From Heteronotia binoei (taxonomy: Eukaryota): DNA of 64,000 nucleotides. The position numbers were made by a program, and so were the translations under genes. The notes beneath the pieces were generated by a model. The model was not told the origin of the DNA, did no database searches, and saw only the letters and a list, made by a program, of their open reading frames with translations. Shown one piece after another: positions 36,385-48,733 of the stretch. The DNA lies in assembly GCF_032191835.1 (NCBI RefSeq), contig NC_083243.1:67270001-67334000 (forward strand), written 5' to 3'. The stretch's first letter is position 1, and the number at the start of each line of letters is the position of its first letter.

Positions 36385-39300
36385 CAGGGGTGTCAAACAT
36401 GGGGGCTGAATTAGAACCTGGAGGGCTCCTATCAGGCCCCCGAGCAACTGGCTGTCATCTGCTTCCTTCTCCCTCTCTCTTGCTTCCTTCTGCCTAACAA
36501 TAATAAAGCAGAACACAGTAGAAAATTCAAACCAAAACAACAAAGCAACTGTGTGGCCAAACAAATCACTTAATATCTTGAATAAATTTACTTCAATAAC
36601 CTTCTATACAAAAGTACCTTATGCAAGATATCTCCACCTTCTGAGCACGATGATGAAGCTCTCAAGGCGTTCGTCGACTTGGCTTGCTGCGCATTTCAAA
36701 CAACCACCCGAGGGCAGTTCCAACTTTTTCAAGAACCTAAATAAACATATTCACATAAACCTCCAGTGTTACAATGTTAAGAAAATGCAAACAATGATAA
36801 CTTTGTACATAAGTAGATCAGAACAGTTCTTAACTCCAGTCCTCAATTTGGCTTGCCTCACAATTGTCTGGGGATATCCACGTTGGGTAAAAAACCCACT
36901 AATCCTTCTACACCCGTCATCAAAATCTGCAGGTGATGTGTTATTCCGTTTCAGTCTCAGAAACTGGCTCGCCAATGTTTATGGCCAAATTAGAACAGGA
37001 ATATATATGCAGTCCTCAACATAATCCCCATTGGGGAGATGTTGAGCTATATTTTAGGTTTATTGATGACGTCTTTCTGGTGATTAGGCATGCTGATACC
37101 ATTCCCCATTTAGTTGAGGTCATGAATTCGTTTCATAGAGACATCAAGTTTACTGCCCAATATGATTTAGATATTATTAGTTTTCTTGATACGTTAGTTT
37201 ACAGGAAAACTAATAATACTTTAGCAGTTAAAATTTTTCGTAAGACTGTAGATAGAAACACTTACCTTCATAATTCTTCTTTTCACCCACCGGGTCTGTG
37301 CAATAACATTTCTTATGGCCAGTTTCTCAGGCTGAAACAGAATAACACATCACCTGCAGATTTTGATGACGGGTGTAGAAGGATTAGTGGGTTTTTTTAC
37401 CCAACATGGATATCCCCAGACAATTGTGAGGCAAGCCAGATTGAGGACTGGAGTTAAGAACCGTTCTGATTTATTTATGTACAAAGAAAAGCAGAACATT
37501 GGTAACAGACTCATGTGGTCTTTGGATTTTACCCCTAGAGCTTCAGCTATCAGAAATATTGTGCAAAAACATTGGCATGTGGTCCAGCATATACCGGGTT
37601 GTCAACTTTTGGCTTTAGTGGCTTTCAAACGAACGTAGGATACATGTTGACAATAACCCTTTTGGACATTTTCGCTGCAAGAATTGTAAAGCTTGCAAAT
37701 ATATGGTGGTTTCTTCCTTATTCACAGAGCCTAGAATAGGATATGGATATGGGGTTAGATCTAAAGGTTTTTCTAATTGTTCCACTAGGGCCACCATATA
37801 TTATGCTTTTTGTTCTTGTCCTATGTCGGGTGCACAATGAGACCCTTAAAGAGCAATCTCTTGGAGCATGTTATTATGTAAATAGCTCTGACACTATATT
37901 TGGGAAACTGCCGGCGAAATATGTGAATTTTATGATTTATTAATTTTGAATTGGATGTAATCTATAGGTTTTTGAAATCCCGATCTATATGCTTTTTTTG
38001 AGAGAGATCCTTTTTCTTTGTTAAAATTTGTTGATAATATTGAGTGTGACGGTACATGTAAGGCAATGTCGTAGACCCCATGTTGGGGCGTGTTTTTGGT
38101 TATTGGAATGTTATTTAAATTTCTTTAATAAAATTTAAATTTAAAAAAGAAATGATGTGCCAGGTGCTCCACTTACTGATCATTTTAGAATGTGTAAACA
38201 TGACCCAGAGTCCATTAGATTTTTTGTGTTGCAAAAAATTGAACCCAGATCCTCTGGTGGGGACATTCATAAAATTCTTTTACAGAAGGAGGCAGAATGG
38301 ATTCACAAATTACAATCTCTAGAACCAGATGGTTTGAATGTACAACATGATTTATCCTGTTTTTAAAGAAATTTGAGACACAGGCTTTGATGTGGGGTTG
38401 ATATTTCTTTAAGACCATGTGGGATTCACCAAGCAGGTGCTGCAAATTGCTAGCATTTGTTTGGGTTGTTTGAGCATTCGCCTTGAGCATGAGCCACTGT
38501 AGAAATGTTTTCCTAATTTCAGTACAAAGGAGGATGTTTTCATTAATTTGTAAGTAATAAAGTTATCATTGTTTGCATTTTCTTAACATTGTAACACTGG
38601 AGGTTTATGTGAATATGTTTATTTAGGTTCTTGAAAAAGTTGGAACTGCCCTCGGGCGGTTGTTTGAAATGCGCAGCAAGCCAAGTCAACGAATGCGTTG
38701 AGAGCTTCTATCTTCATCGTCATGCTCGGAAGGTGGAGAGGAGAGAGAAGGACTGTGCTGCAGTCATCCTCTGAACATATTTTCACCGCTCCGTTCATGT
38801 TTGAAACTATCATGGCTTGACCACACCTTAGTGGTTTTTTACAAGACTCTTTGGACTTTGAGATTATTTATGTGTTGCCTTGTGGCACTTTGTATTGCAT
38901 AAGATACTTCTGCTTTGCAAAGCTTGCTCAATCACACAGAAGCTACAGAGCAAAACTTCTATTTTCTCCATTGGTGAAGGCTCCTCCCTTTGGGAGGAAG
39001 GGGAGAGGAAACAGAGATTGCTTTGCCAGGCTCTCTCAGTTGCACAGATGAGCTACTGAGCCAAGCCTCTCTTCCATTTATTGACTGAGGCTCCCCGCCT
39101 CCTGATCCCCTGGGAAGGGAGGGAAAGAGTCAGCTTCCTTTGCCCAGTTCCCTGGATCCCACAGGAGAAATACAAAGAAAGCACCTTTAAGACCAACGAG
39201 CACTAGTGTTTTAAGCATGTTTTAAGGTGTTTTTTTAATATTTAATTGTGTTTGTCTGTGTCCTTTATAAAGTTTATATCTCTGCAACCTAATCTTAAAT

Positions 39301-39392
39301 AGGAACACATACGGCACAGCACGACATGGCTCAGCCCAACGTCTCATTTATGTCAGATCTGGCTCTCATAACAAATGAGTTTGACACCCCTT
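36385..39392. mobile_element. Charlie/Buster-type hAT non-autonomous element containing a Penelope-like insertion
   Basis: TIRs CAGGGGTGTCAAAC / GTTTGACACCCCTT; degenerate TSD CTGTAACT/CTCAAACT (6/8). Confidence 0.75.
36631..38739 (+). mobile_element. Penelope-like element (Neptune-like), 5'-truncated, with inverted 5' segment
   Basis: RT C-half FMAKLE...YFRFIDDVF...FLDTLV...FRKTVDRNTYLH...SFHP; GIY-YIG remnants YYAFCSCP, YVGCTMRPLK and APLTDHF...KEAEWIHKLQSLEPDGLN. 36631-36968 is an inverted copy of internal and terminal sequence. Confidence 0.9.
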
Positions 39393-39741
39393 CTCAAACT
39401 GGTGGCAGCAGAAATTATGAACTCTTATCTCTATTATACCATAAAACTCAATGAGCTAATAAAGGTCAGTTGATAATTTCATTTCCACCAGATCTTATTT
39501 GCGCAAATCATCCCCATGAACTTTCTCAAGTACCATACCAGCTGGAAGTATATAGAATTCAATGATCAAAGCAGTGCTAGATGTCGTACTGTGAGTGTGA
39601 AGAAATGTACTAAGAACTACATCTGTAAAATAAGTGTTCACACAGTACTTTACTTTGTGACTGTATGGGCACGTGTGTGCCTGACTAAAACTTCATGGAC
39701 AATTTTTTCTGTGATAAAAATAAATGTAGGAAACAGCAATG

Positions 39742-39743
<2 letters not shown>

Positions 39744-39825
<82 letters not shown>
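39744..39825. repeat. (TA)n microsatellite
   Basis: Read directly from the sequence; explains the YI-repeat ORFs in the track. Confidence 0.98.
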
Positions 39826-39829
<4 letters not shown>

Positions 39830-42270
39830 CACATAAATCTCATGCACATTTTAAAAAATACTGATTGCTGATGGGTTGCGCTCTCTCTCTCTCTTCATAC
39901 ATACATACTTACATACATACATACAGTATCTAATTTGGTTTGGGCCCTCAAGCCCAGTGTATTGATAGTGAACCAGCAAATTTTGCTTGCCCGGCCTAGA
40001 CCATGTATCGCTTTACCAACAGAGCAGTCTAAGCGGCATGTGAAATCCATTAACAGTATACAGAGTTAATTTTAGGATACACTTTAAATTTTAAGATGTC
40101 CCTAAGTTATAATAAAAATAATAAAATATGTAATACCGTATAGAATGTAAAATAAATTCCTAGTGATACTTAATAGAACCCATCATAAGTCTCATTTGCA
40201 CTCCCTGTTGATATTCACACAGGATGAGAGTTCATTTTCAGCAATGTTCTTGCCCTTGCATCAAATGCCACAATGAAAAAAGCACACCTATTTTCAAAGA
40301 AAATAGTATTCCCAGTGTTCAACAAGATACTGTTTATTAAATGCATAGTTAAACAAAAAATTCAGTGAGAGACTATCCACAAAGTACCTTGCAAATAACA
40401 GATTCATATATTGAATTGATAAGAGGAAGATAATTTCTACAGAAGGAGAATTTATCATGCTAAGAAACTGCAAAAAAGGGAACAAAGACTGTAGCATTAA
40501 TATTAGCAAAAGAAGTGTATAAGCAACACTTCTCAGTGTATCAGATCAGCAGAAATAAATGTGATAGTTTCCTAAGCTTAGTCATTACAGATTCATACAT
40601 CCATGGTATCACTTGCTGATTTACATGAGTTTGTCGACAATCACGTTATGAAACATTCATTTCTTTTTGAACTCAAATGTTAGATTCTGTAAACTGCAAA
40701 TGAAATGAGTTTTCAGAAGTGATCTTTGCAACTTCCTCTTCCCATTGATGTCCTTTGAGAAGCTGCTCTGTGCTTCAGGATGATGTGGGATGTGACTTTA
40801 GTAATAAGTGGGAATTACAATAATTGTCATTCCCTGTTCTTGTCTGAATTGTTCCATGAATGGAGCTACAACTTAGACAAAAGATGGCGGCAGGGGTACT
40901 TTTCTCAGCTTTCCTTGTCCTATGCCATCTCAAGCTTCTTTGATCTTCAGAAGTGACTGTTCAGGGGACACAGAAGACAGAAATCTGAAGAGACAAAGTT
41001 CCCCTCTGTAAATACACTCTGTTCACAGCTGGTTACATCCAGTCCAGTATTCCTAGTAGAATCAATTCACAGAATTGTGTGCTATCAAATATTGATGAAT
41101 CAGTTATAAAGAAATCAAGCAATGCATGTCCATGTGTGAAGTAGCCCTTAGTTATTAGAAATTAGAATTGTGCTTACTTAGTCGTGCATCTATGTAGTAA
41201 CAGGTTCTGTAATTTCTGCTTATTCAAATCTCCAGTTGTCAGAACACTTTGTCTTTATCCTCTGGGCATTTGTTTGGGGAGAAACAGTTTTGATTGCACA
41301 TAACCAATTTCAAAAAGAAACAGAAATTCATCTTCTTGAAGACAAAAACGTTACCACTATGAGCTGAAAAGTATAACTGCCTGTTAGATTCTTTTTCACT
41401 CACAAGAGCCATTTACGGTTTTCTTGCCAACCAGCTAGTAAATGTATATATGAATTGCTTGCTACAGTAAGCCTAGCAGTGGGAATGAGAAGAGTACAAA
41501 GATTGAGTCTGACAATGAAGACTTAATTGCCCTTGGTGTCAGAATGACACAGTGGCTTGGGTTCTTAGATTAATGACAAGGTAATGAATCTGATTTGCTG
41601 TGCAACTGGAAAAGGAACCTGAAGAAAAACACAGCCAAGCCACAGGTGGTTTATGCATATGAGCACCTCTCTACAAAACTGCTGAGCCAGCACCCTTCAC
41701 TATTTATTTATAGTCACATTCTAGGCATGCGTGGCTTTACACAACAGATTGGAGCTATTCCATAATGGAAGGGCAGCCTACTGATGAGTAAGACAAGGAA
41801 GGCAGATTTAATGAAAATCAATTGGTTCTACAGGTACATTAAAATAAATTCTGAACCAAGAGATTAAAAAGTCATGCAGTTACCATTTGCATAAGCTGCA
41901 CGTCAGCAGGGCAAAACATTTTATTATGACACTTAGGGCTTTGAAATATGGCCCACCAGTGTGCACTTTTGAAGGTCAGTGCCAAAAGAAAATGCAGCAA
42001 AAGGGCAGTGAAAAGGGCAAGAGAAAGGCCTTGAATCACAAGGAAACCATTTTCTAAAACCAATGGAAAATGACCAAGGCTGCAATCCTAGGAGCATTTA
42101 CTCAAATCTCCTCTCCATTAACTTCCAAGTTAATATGCATAGGTTTAGGCTGCATATTCCATGCCAGCAGTCCCAATATCCACAGTTACAAAGCATGAAA
42201 CAATTTTGTCTACTGTATACAGATGGCACGGCCCCTTTCCAGGTAATCAGTCATATATTATATAGTCTTT

Positions 42271-43050
42271 TTGTTGTTCAGTCACACAGTTGATTCCAAC
42301 TCTGCAAGCCCATGGACCAAGTCACGCCAGGCCCTCCTGTCTTCCACCATCCTCCGAATTCTGCTCAAATTCATGGTAGTTACATCAGTAATGCTGTCCA
42401 GCCATCTCTTCTTTTGCTGTCCCCTTCTCCTTTTGCCTTCTGTCTTTCCCAGCATCAGGATCTTCTCCAGAGAGTGCTCCATTCTCATTTGGTGGCCAAA
42501 GTATTTGAGCTTCAGCTTCAGCATCTGACATTCCAGGGAACAGTCAGGATTGATTTCCGTTAGGACTGGCTGATTTGATCTTCTTGCAGTCCAAGGGACT
42601 CTCAAAATTCTTCTCCAGCACTACAGCACGAAAGCATCTATTCTTCTGTGCTTGGCCTTCCTTATGGTCCAACTCTCACAGCCATACATTACTACTGGGA
42701 ATACCATAGCTTTGACTATATGGACTTTGGTTGACAGGGTGATGTCTCTACTTTTTATTATACTGCCTAGGTTCATCATAGCTGTCCTCCCGTCTTTTAA
42801 TTTCATGGCTACAGTCACCATCTGCGGTGATGTTGGATCCCAGAAATGTGATCCATGTCTCTGACAGCAATGAAGATCCTGTGAATTTTGGAGGAAGTAT
42901 TTGTGAGTTCCCTGCATTGTGCAGGGGGTTGGACTAGATGACCCTGGAGGTACCTTCCAACTCTATGATTTTATGATTCTTCTCCTTCTATTTGCCAAGG
43001 ATTGATGGGGCCGGATGCATGATCTTAGTTTTTTTGATGCTGAATTATAC
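42271..43050 (-). mobile_element. BovB (RTE) LINE 3' fragment
   Basis: KSRDITLSTKVHIVKAMVFPVVMYGCESWT and LKLKYFGH...LEKILMLGKTEGKRRRGQQKKRWLD, the characteristic BovB C-terminus; (CAA)n-type tail. Confidence 0.92.
42865..42980 (+). mobile_element. CR1 3' tail inside BovB
   Basis: GGGGGTTGGACTAGATGACC...TTCCAACTCTATGATTTTATGATTCT; BovB sequence resumes afterwards. Confidence 0.85.
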
Positions 43051-43180
43051 AGTGTAATCCTATGCATTTTACTTGTTTGGAAGGCCTGTTCAGTTTTGGA
43101 AGATCTGAAATTCAAGAATGCTCAGCTGGGAGGACTTCTATGGGAGATAAGCAGGGGAGCCTAGGCATAAAGTTACATCA

Positions 43181-43458
43181 GTCTGGTGTAGTGGTTTGGT
43201 GTAGTGGTTAAATGTGCGGACTCTTATCTGGGAGAACTGGGTTTGATTCCTCACTTCTCCACTTGCAGCTGCTGGAATGGCCTTGGGTTAGCCATAGCTA
43301 TAGCAGGCGTTGTCCTTGAAAAGGCAGCTGCTGTGAGAGCCCTCTCAGCCCCACCCACCTCACAAGGTGTCTGTTGTGGGGGGAGAAGATATAGGAGATT
43401 GTGAACCACTCTGATTCAGAGAGAAGGGCGGAGTATAACTCTGCAGTTTTCTTCTTCT
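43181..43458 (+). mobile_element. tRNA-derived Squam1-like SINE with duplicated A box
   Basis: TGGTGTAGTGGTT occurs twice at the head; body as in the other copies. Confidence 0.92.
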
Positions 43459-43741
43459 GTCTGCTCAAGAAAGTTCTGTTCTGCTTTATGTTACTGACGA
43501 GAGGTTGAATGTCTTAATCAAAAATGCCTAATTGAGTAGCTAGCAAGTTACATAACACTAAAAGAAAGTTTCACTCAGATCCACCCAACTTTTTTGCTAG
43601 TGATGAAGAAAGGAGGGGTCTCATTTGTGCACCAAAAATGTGCTGAGGATCATGGGATATGTATATAGAATAGCCATGGGGGACAAGGCTATAAGGCAGA
43701 GAACTGGACAACATTGAATGGCTGATCCAACCCATCGAGAG

Positions 43742-44439
43742 TGTCCCGTCCTGGCTGAGATGGGACTCTGCCGGGGGCCCCCCCACACACACCCCTGGCT
43801 GTGGTGGGACATCGCTGGGATCCCCCCCACTCCCCTGAGACCCCGACTGACCTTCTGGCCGCCCGACGTGGTTCGCCTCTTTGAGACGCCAACTGGAGCC
43901 AAGAACTGACAGGCCCACCCCCAGGCCCAGGCAAGGTTGCCGAGCCATGGCTGTGGCTGGGGGAGGGAGAGAGCAGGAACACCACCCAGCTGAGAGGGAG
44001 GGAAAGGCAGGAGCCCCGAGCCACAGCGGCTGGTGCCGCCGCACCCAGAAGCAACCTCAACACCCCTGTCCGCACGCCTTCCACAGGAAGACCCCGCCCC
44101 AGGGAGCCTTCCCTCGGCATCCCTGCTTATAAGCGGGGGTGGAGCTACCCGTGGGTGGGACCAGGGTGGCAGGGAAGGGATCGGGGGAGGGATAAAAGGC
44201 CGCAAGGCTGAAAGGTTAGGGAGGAAGTGGCTACTGTGAGAAACAGGCTGCCAAGACAGAGAGAGAGTGGAACCCCAGCACAGCCAGGGAGGACATGAGT
44301 ATAAATGGGTGAGGCAACATGACTCTGTCCTCCCACATTCTGAGACCTCTGGGACACCTAGCCGGGCTCCGGCCCAAACCAGGTCACTAAGCGAGCAGCA
44401 GTCTCCGCGGGGTCAGCCGGGGCCTGCAGGGGCGTGACA
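43742..44439. mobile_element. GC-rich putative solo LTR
   Basis: TGTCCCG...CGTGACA inverted termini, sharp GC/CpG contrast with the flanks, TATAA-like motifs; TSD not clean (only GAG shared). Confidence 0.5.
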
Positions 44440-44835
44440 GAGCATCAATGAACTTTTGTGCATGTGGCTAGAAAGCTGGGTTTTGGTGCTTGGTCACCTG
44501 AAGGCTAATTGTACATGCAGATTACTAGTTATGTCCAGGGAAGTTAGGTGGAGAAGTTTAGGAATTATTTTTCAAGACCCCTGAAGGGTTAACCTGACTA
44601 TGGTTAACAAGTTCTGCCCAAGAGCAAATATCCTCCCCCCCTTACAGAGGTAAAATTTTCTTTCTTTGAAGGGAGGGTTACCAGGAGAGAAGGCTGGTAA
44701 GCAGTAAGGTGCATGTGCAAGCCCCATTTTTAGTCAGGAACAAATATGAAGTGGTCTGAGCTAATAAAAATGGGGCAAGCTTTTCAAAAGTGAATTACCT
44801 TGAAAGTTCTCCACTAAAAAATTCATCAGCATCAT

Positions 44836-47800
44836 CTCTCTCTCTTTCGGCTTGGCTTCGCGAACGAAGATTTAAGAAGGGTGCAATAGTCCACGTCTGC
44901 TGCAGGCTCGCTGGTGGCTGACAAGACCAATGCGGGACACGCAGGTCCGGCCACAGTGGCTGCAGGGAAAAGTCTGATTTAGGGTTGGTGCTGTAGCAGT
45001 GCGATTCTTCCTCAATCTCCTTTTGTCCTCAAGACCAGCTATGCGTGCGTTCTCAAAAGAAGAGACAGCCTGGTGGATGGTGTGCCTCCATGCTTTGCGA
45101 TCTGAGGCTAGGTCAGACCACTGGTGATGGTTGATGCGACAGGTGCCAAGGGATTTCTTCAAGGAGTCCTTGTACCTCTTCTTTGGTGCCCCTCTATTTC
45201 GATGGCCGGTGGAGAGTTCGCCATACAGGGCAATCTTGGGAAGGCGGTGGTTTTCCATCCTAGAAATATGCCCTGCCCAGCGCAGCTGCGACTTCAACAG
45301 CAGTGCCTCGATGCTGGTAACCTCCGCCCGCTTGAGAACTTCAGTGTTGGTCACAAAGCACTCCAGTGGATGTTGAGGATGGTGCGAAGGCAGCGCTGAT
45401 GAAAGCGCTCAAGGAGTCGCAGGTGATGACGGTATAAAACCCACGATTCGGAGCCATAGATGAGGGTTGTCATCACAGCCGCTTTGTAAACATTGATCTT
45501 TGTGCCTTTTTTCAGATGCTTGTTGCTCCACATTCTTTTGTGCAGTCGGCCAAAGGCACGGTTTGCCTTTGCCAGCCTGTTGTCAATCTCCTTGTCAATC
45601 TTAGCATCTGAGGAGATGATGCACCCCAGGTAGCTGAACTGCTGGACAGTCTTCAGAACTGATTCACCCACAGTGATGCAGGGAGGGTGATAATCTTCCT
45701 GGGGTGCAGGCTGGTGGAGAACTTCTGTCTTCTTCAGACTAACTTCTAGGCCGAATAGCTTGGCAGCCTCTGCAAAGCAGGACGTCATATGCTGCAGAGC
45801 TGATACCGAGTGGGAGACGAGTGCAGCATCATCAGCAAACAGTAGCAAACAGTAGCTCTCGGATGAGTTTTTCCATTGTCTTGGAGTGGGCAGATGTAGA
45901 CACCATCGTCATCATCTAGATCTACTGCGGCTCTTTGAAGCATCATCCTAAACGTTCCAAGATTTGCCACAGGCCTTTCCTGCTAACGGTATCGAAAGCT
46001 TTGGTAAGGTCGACAAAAGTCACATACAGAGCCTTGTTCTGTTCCCTGCATTTCTCTTGGAGCTGCCTGAGAACAAATACCATGTCGGTGGTGCTCCTGT
46101 TAGCTCTGAAGCCGCACTGGCTCTCTGGGAGGAGTTTTTCTGCAATGGCAGGCACCAGTCTGTTCAGGAGTATTCTGGCAAGGATTTTGCCTGCGATGGA
46201 GAGCAGGGTTATCCCCCGGTAGTTGGAGCAGTCTGACTTTTCCCCTTTGTTCTTGTATAGGGTGATGATGATTGCATCGCGAAAGTCCTGTGGTAATTTG
46301 CCTTGTTCCCAGCAGGTGACAAGTACTTTGTGAAGTGAGCTATGTAGTACTGTGCCCCCATGCTTCCAGATCTCTGGTGGAATTCCATCAACTCCTGCTG
46401 CCTTGCCACTTTTCAGTTGCTTGATGGCTTTAACAGTCTCTTCTAGAGTGGGGATCTCATCCAACTCTGTTTTCACTGGTTGAAGTGGGGTGAGGTGAAT
46501 TGCTGAATCTTGAACTATGCGGTTGGCACTGAAGAGAACCTGAAAATACTCCGACCACCGGTTCAATATGGATGCCTTGTCTGTGAGGAGCACTTGGCCG
46601 TCTGCACTATGCAAGGGACTCTGAGTCTGATATGATGGACCATATACTGCCTTCAGGGCTTCGTAGAACCCTCTTAAATCACCAGTGTCTGCACACAGCT
46701 GGGTTCTCTCAGCAAGCTTGGTCCACCACTCGTTCTGAATGTCTCGAAGCTTGCACTGGAGGTTGCTACATACAGCGCGAAAGGTTGCTTTTTTCCCAGG
46801 ACAGGAGGGCTGAGCAAGATGTGCTTGGTAGGCAGATCTCTTTTTCGCCAGTAAATCTTGGATCTCTTGATTGTTCTCATCAAACCAGTCCTTGTTCTTC
46901 CTTGTGGAGAACCCAAGGACTTCTTCAGAGATCTGCAGGACGGTAGTTTTTAGGTGTTCCCAGAGTGCTTCTGGAGAAGGGTCTGTGGGGCAACTGGGGT
47001 CCTTAATTCTTGACTGGAGTTTTGCCTGGAAGGCAGCTTTAACTTCGGCTGACTGGAGACTGCCAACCTGAAACTTCCTCCGAGGGATACCTCCTCTCCT
47101 GGGTGTGGGTTTAAAGTGAAGACGGAGACGGATGATCCGTATGACATTCTGCACTGGGCATTACTCGGGTGTGTAAGACATCTCGAAGGTCTCTCTGGCG
47201 CACCAGAATGTAGTTGATACGGTGCCAGTGCTTGGACCGTGGGTGCATCCAGGTTGTCTTCAGACTGTTCTTCTGCTGGAAGATAGTGTTGGTGATGGTG
47301 AGCTGGTGCTCCATGCAGAATTCTAGCAGGAGGCGCCCGTTGTCATTGCAGTTGCCAATGCCGTGTTTGCCAAGTACTCCTTTCCAGGCTTCCGAGTCTT
47401 TACCTACTCTGGCATTGAAGTCGCCAAGGATGATCACCTTGTCCTCTGTAGGGGTCTTCCATATGAGGTTGTGTAGATCAGCATAGAACTTGTTCTTTTC
47501 TGCAGGATCTGCTTGAAGGGTTGGGGCATACACACTGAAGAGTGTTGCATGCTGCTTGTTTTGAAGTGGGAGGCGCATAGACATGATGCGATCTGAGTGA
47601 CCTGTTGGCAGGTTTTCGAGTTTGGAGGCAATGGAGTTCCTGACCATGAAGCCAACGCCAGAAAGGCGGCTCTCACCCTTTGACTTACCTGACCAGTAGA
47701 GGGTATAGCCAGCACCGTGTTCTTGAAGACTACCTTCCTCAGGGAAACGGACCTCACTGAGAGCTGCTATGTCGATATTCAACCTGAGAAGTTCGTGGGC

Positions 47801-48721
47801 AACTAGAGCAGAGCGTCGTTCAGGGCGACCACTGTCTACTGTGTCAAGCATGGTTCTGATGTTCCAACACGCAAGCTTTAGTCTTTGCACACTTTGTGAG
47901 GCAGGTGCATGCCTTTTCTTTGTTGTTATTTTTTGACCGCAAGTAAGGATGCCCATTGACCGCGGCTAGCCAACTGGGGTGGAGGAGACGAGCTTTGTTT
48001 AGGCCACCTTTTCTAGGCCCCTCTCCGTGTGGAGCAAGTAGTGCTGTCCCTAGATAAGGCTGCTTGGTCATTCAGGGTGCTGCCGAAAAATGCTTTCGTC
48101 TCCGGGTTAGCATCAGGTGACCAATACCCTGAACCGCCTACATGCAGGATCGGGACTGCGGCTTCCAGTGGCACCTCCCACCTGCCGTTTCGCCCCTTGC
48201 CCATCGCTGCAGGACTTGATGCATTGTGGGTTGTGTATGTGGATATGCCCTTCAGGCCTGCGCAGAGGAATTTTTTAGGTGAAGCCCAGTGTGCGCGGTA
48301 CTGGCTCCACCCTTTCACCTGGGGGTCATCTGCCATGGCCCAGTAAGCCGGGACGCCGGCAACGAGTCCTCCAGGTGATAGGTGTTACATTAACGAGCTC
48401 TATCTGCCCGGGTTTGATGTTAGAGTTTTCCTTCTCTTAGGCTGGCAAGGTTGGTGGGCCCAGCCTGCCCATCTGGTTATACCACCGGACAATTCGGTCG
48501 CACCATGACGGAGCAAACTCTGTGAAAAATGGGGGGGGGGGGGACCAGCGAGAAGGTGTTGCTACGGATGCAGTAATGCAGGAGAGGCCATTGCAGTGAC
48601 CATCTGCCAGGCATAGCCAGACAGTGACCACGCGGCATTCACTACACCGGGAGAGGAGAGGCTATGTATTGCACATACACTTTCCCTGGGGGGGTAGGAT
48701 ACCCAGAGGGAGCCCCCCCCC
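44836..48721 (-). mobile_element. Full-length RTE-clade LINE (3886 bp), inactivated
   Basis: 12-bp TSD CATCAGCATCAT at 44824-44835 and 48722-48733; 5' UTR, APE, RT, C2H2-like finger and (GA)n tail are all present. Confidence 0.96.
44872..47956 (-). pseudogene. RTE ORF (APE endonuclease, RT, zinc finger), disrupted
   Basis: APE motifs WNIRT, LSEVR, SVYAPT, GDFNARVG, ECHTDH; RT FVDLTKAFD and FADD. Frameshift near 47140, two internal deletions, a 10-bp duplication and a 1-bp deletion relative to the copy at 1394-2776. Confidence 0.93.
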
Positions 48722-48733
48722 CATCAGCATCAT

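Noticed and set aside
38470-38810. Hammerhead ribozyme expected in the 3' repeat of the Penelope-like element
   Set aside because: Only degenerate candidates (TTGAGCA...GAAAT and CTGAACA...GAAAC) were found, without a valid CUGANGA core and helices.
39516-39847. ORFs with long YI repeats
   Set aside because: Translation of the (TA)n microsatellite.
48080-48140. CTGATG...GAAA and A-B-A'-B' pairings on the RTE leader strand (hammerhead or HDV-like pseudoknot)
   Set aside because: The core reads CUGAUGC rather than CUGAUGA, stem II is poor, and there is no NUH before stem I. The two helices have no linker or P4, so they are mutually exclusive rather than an HDV fold.
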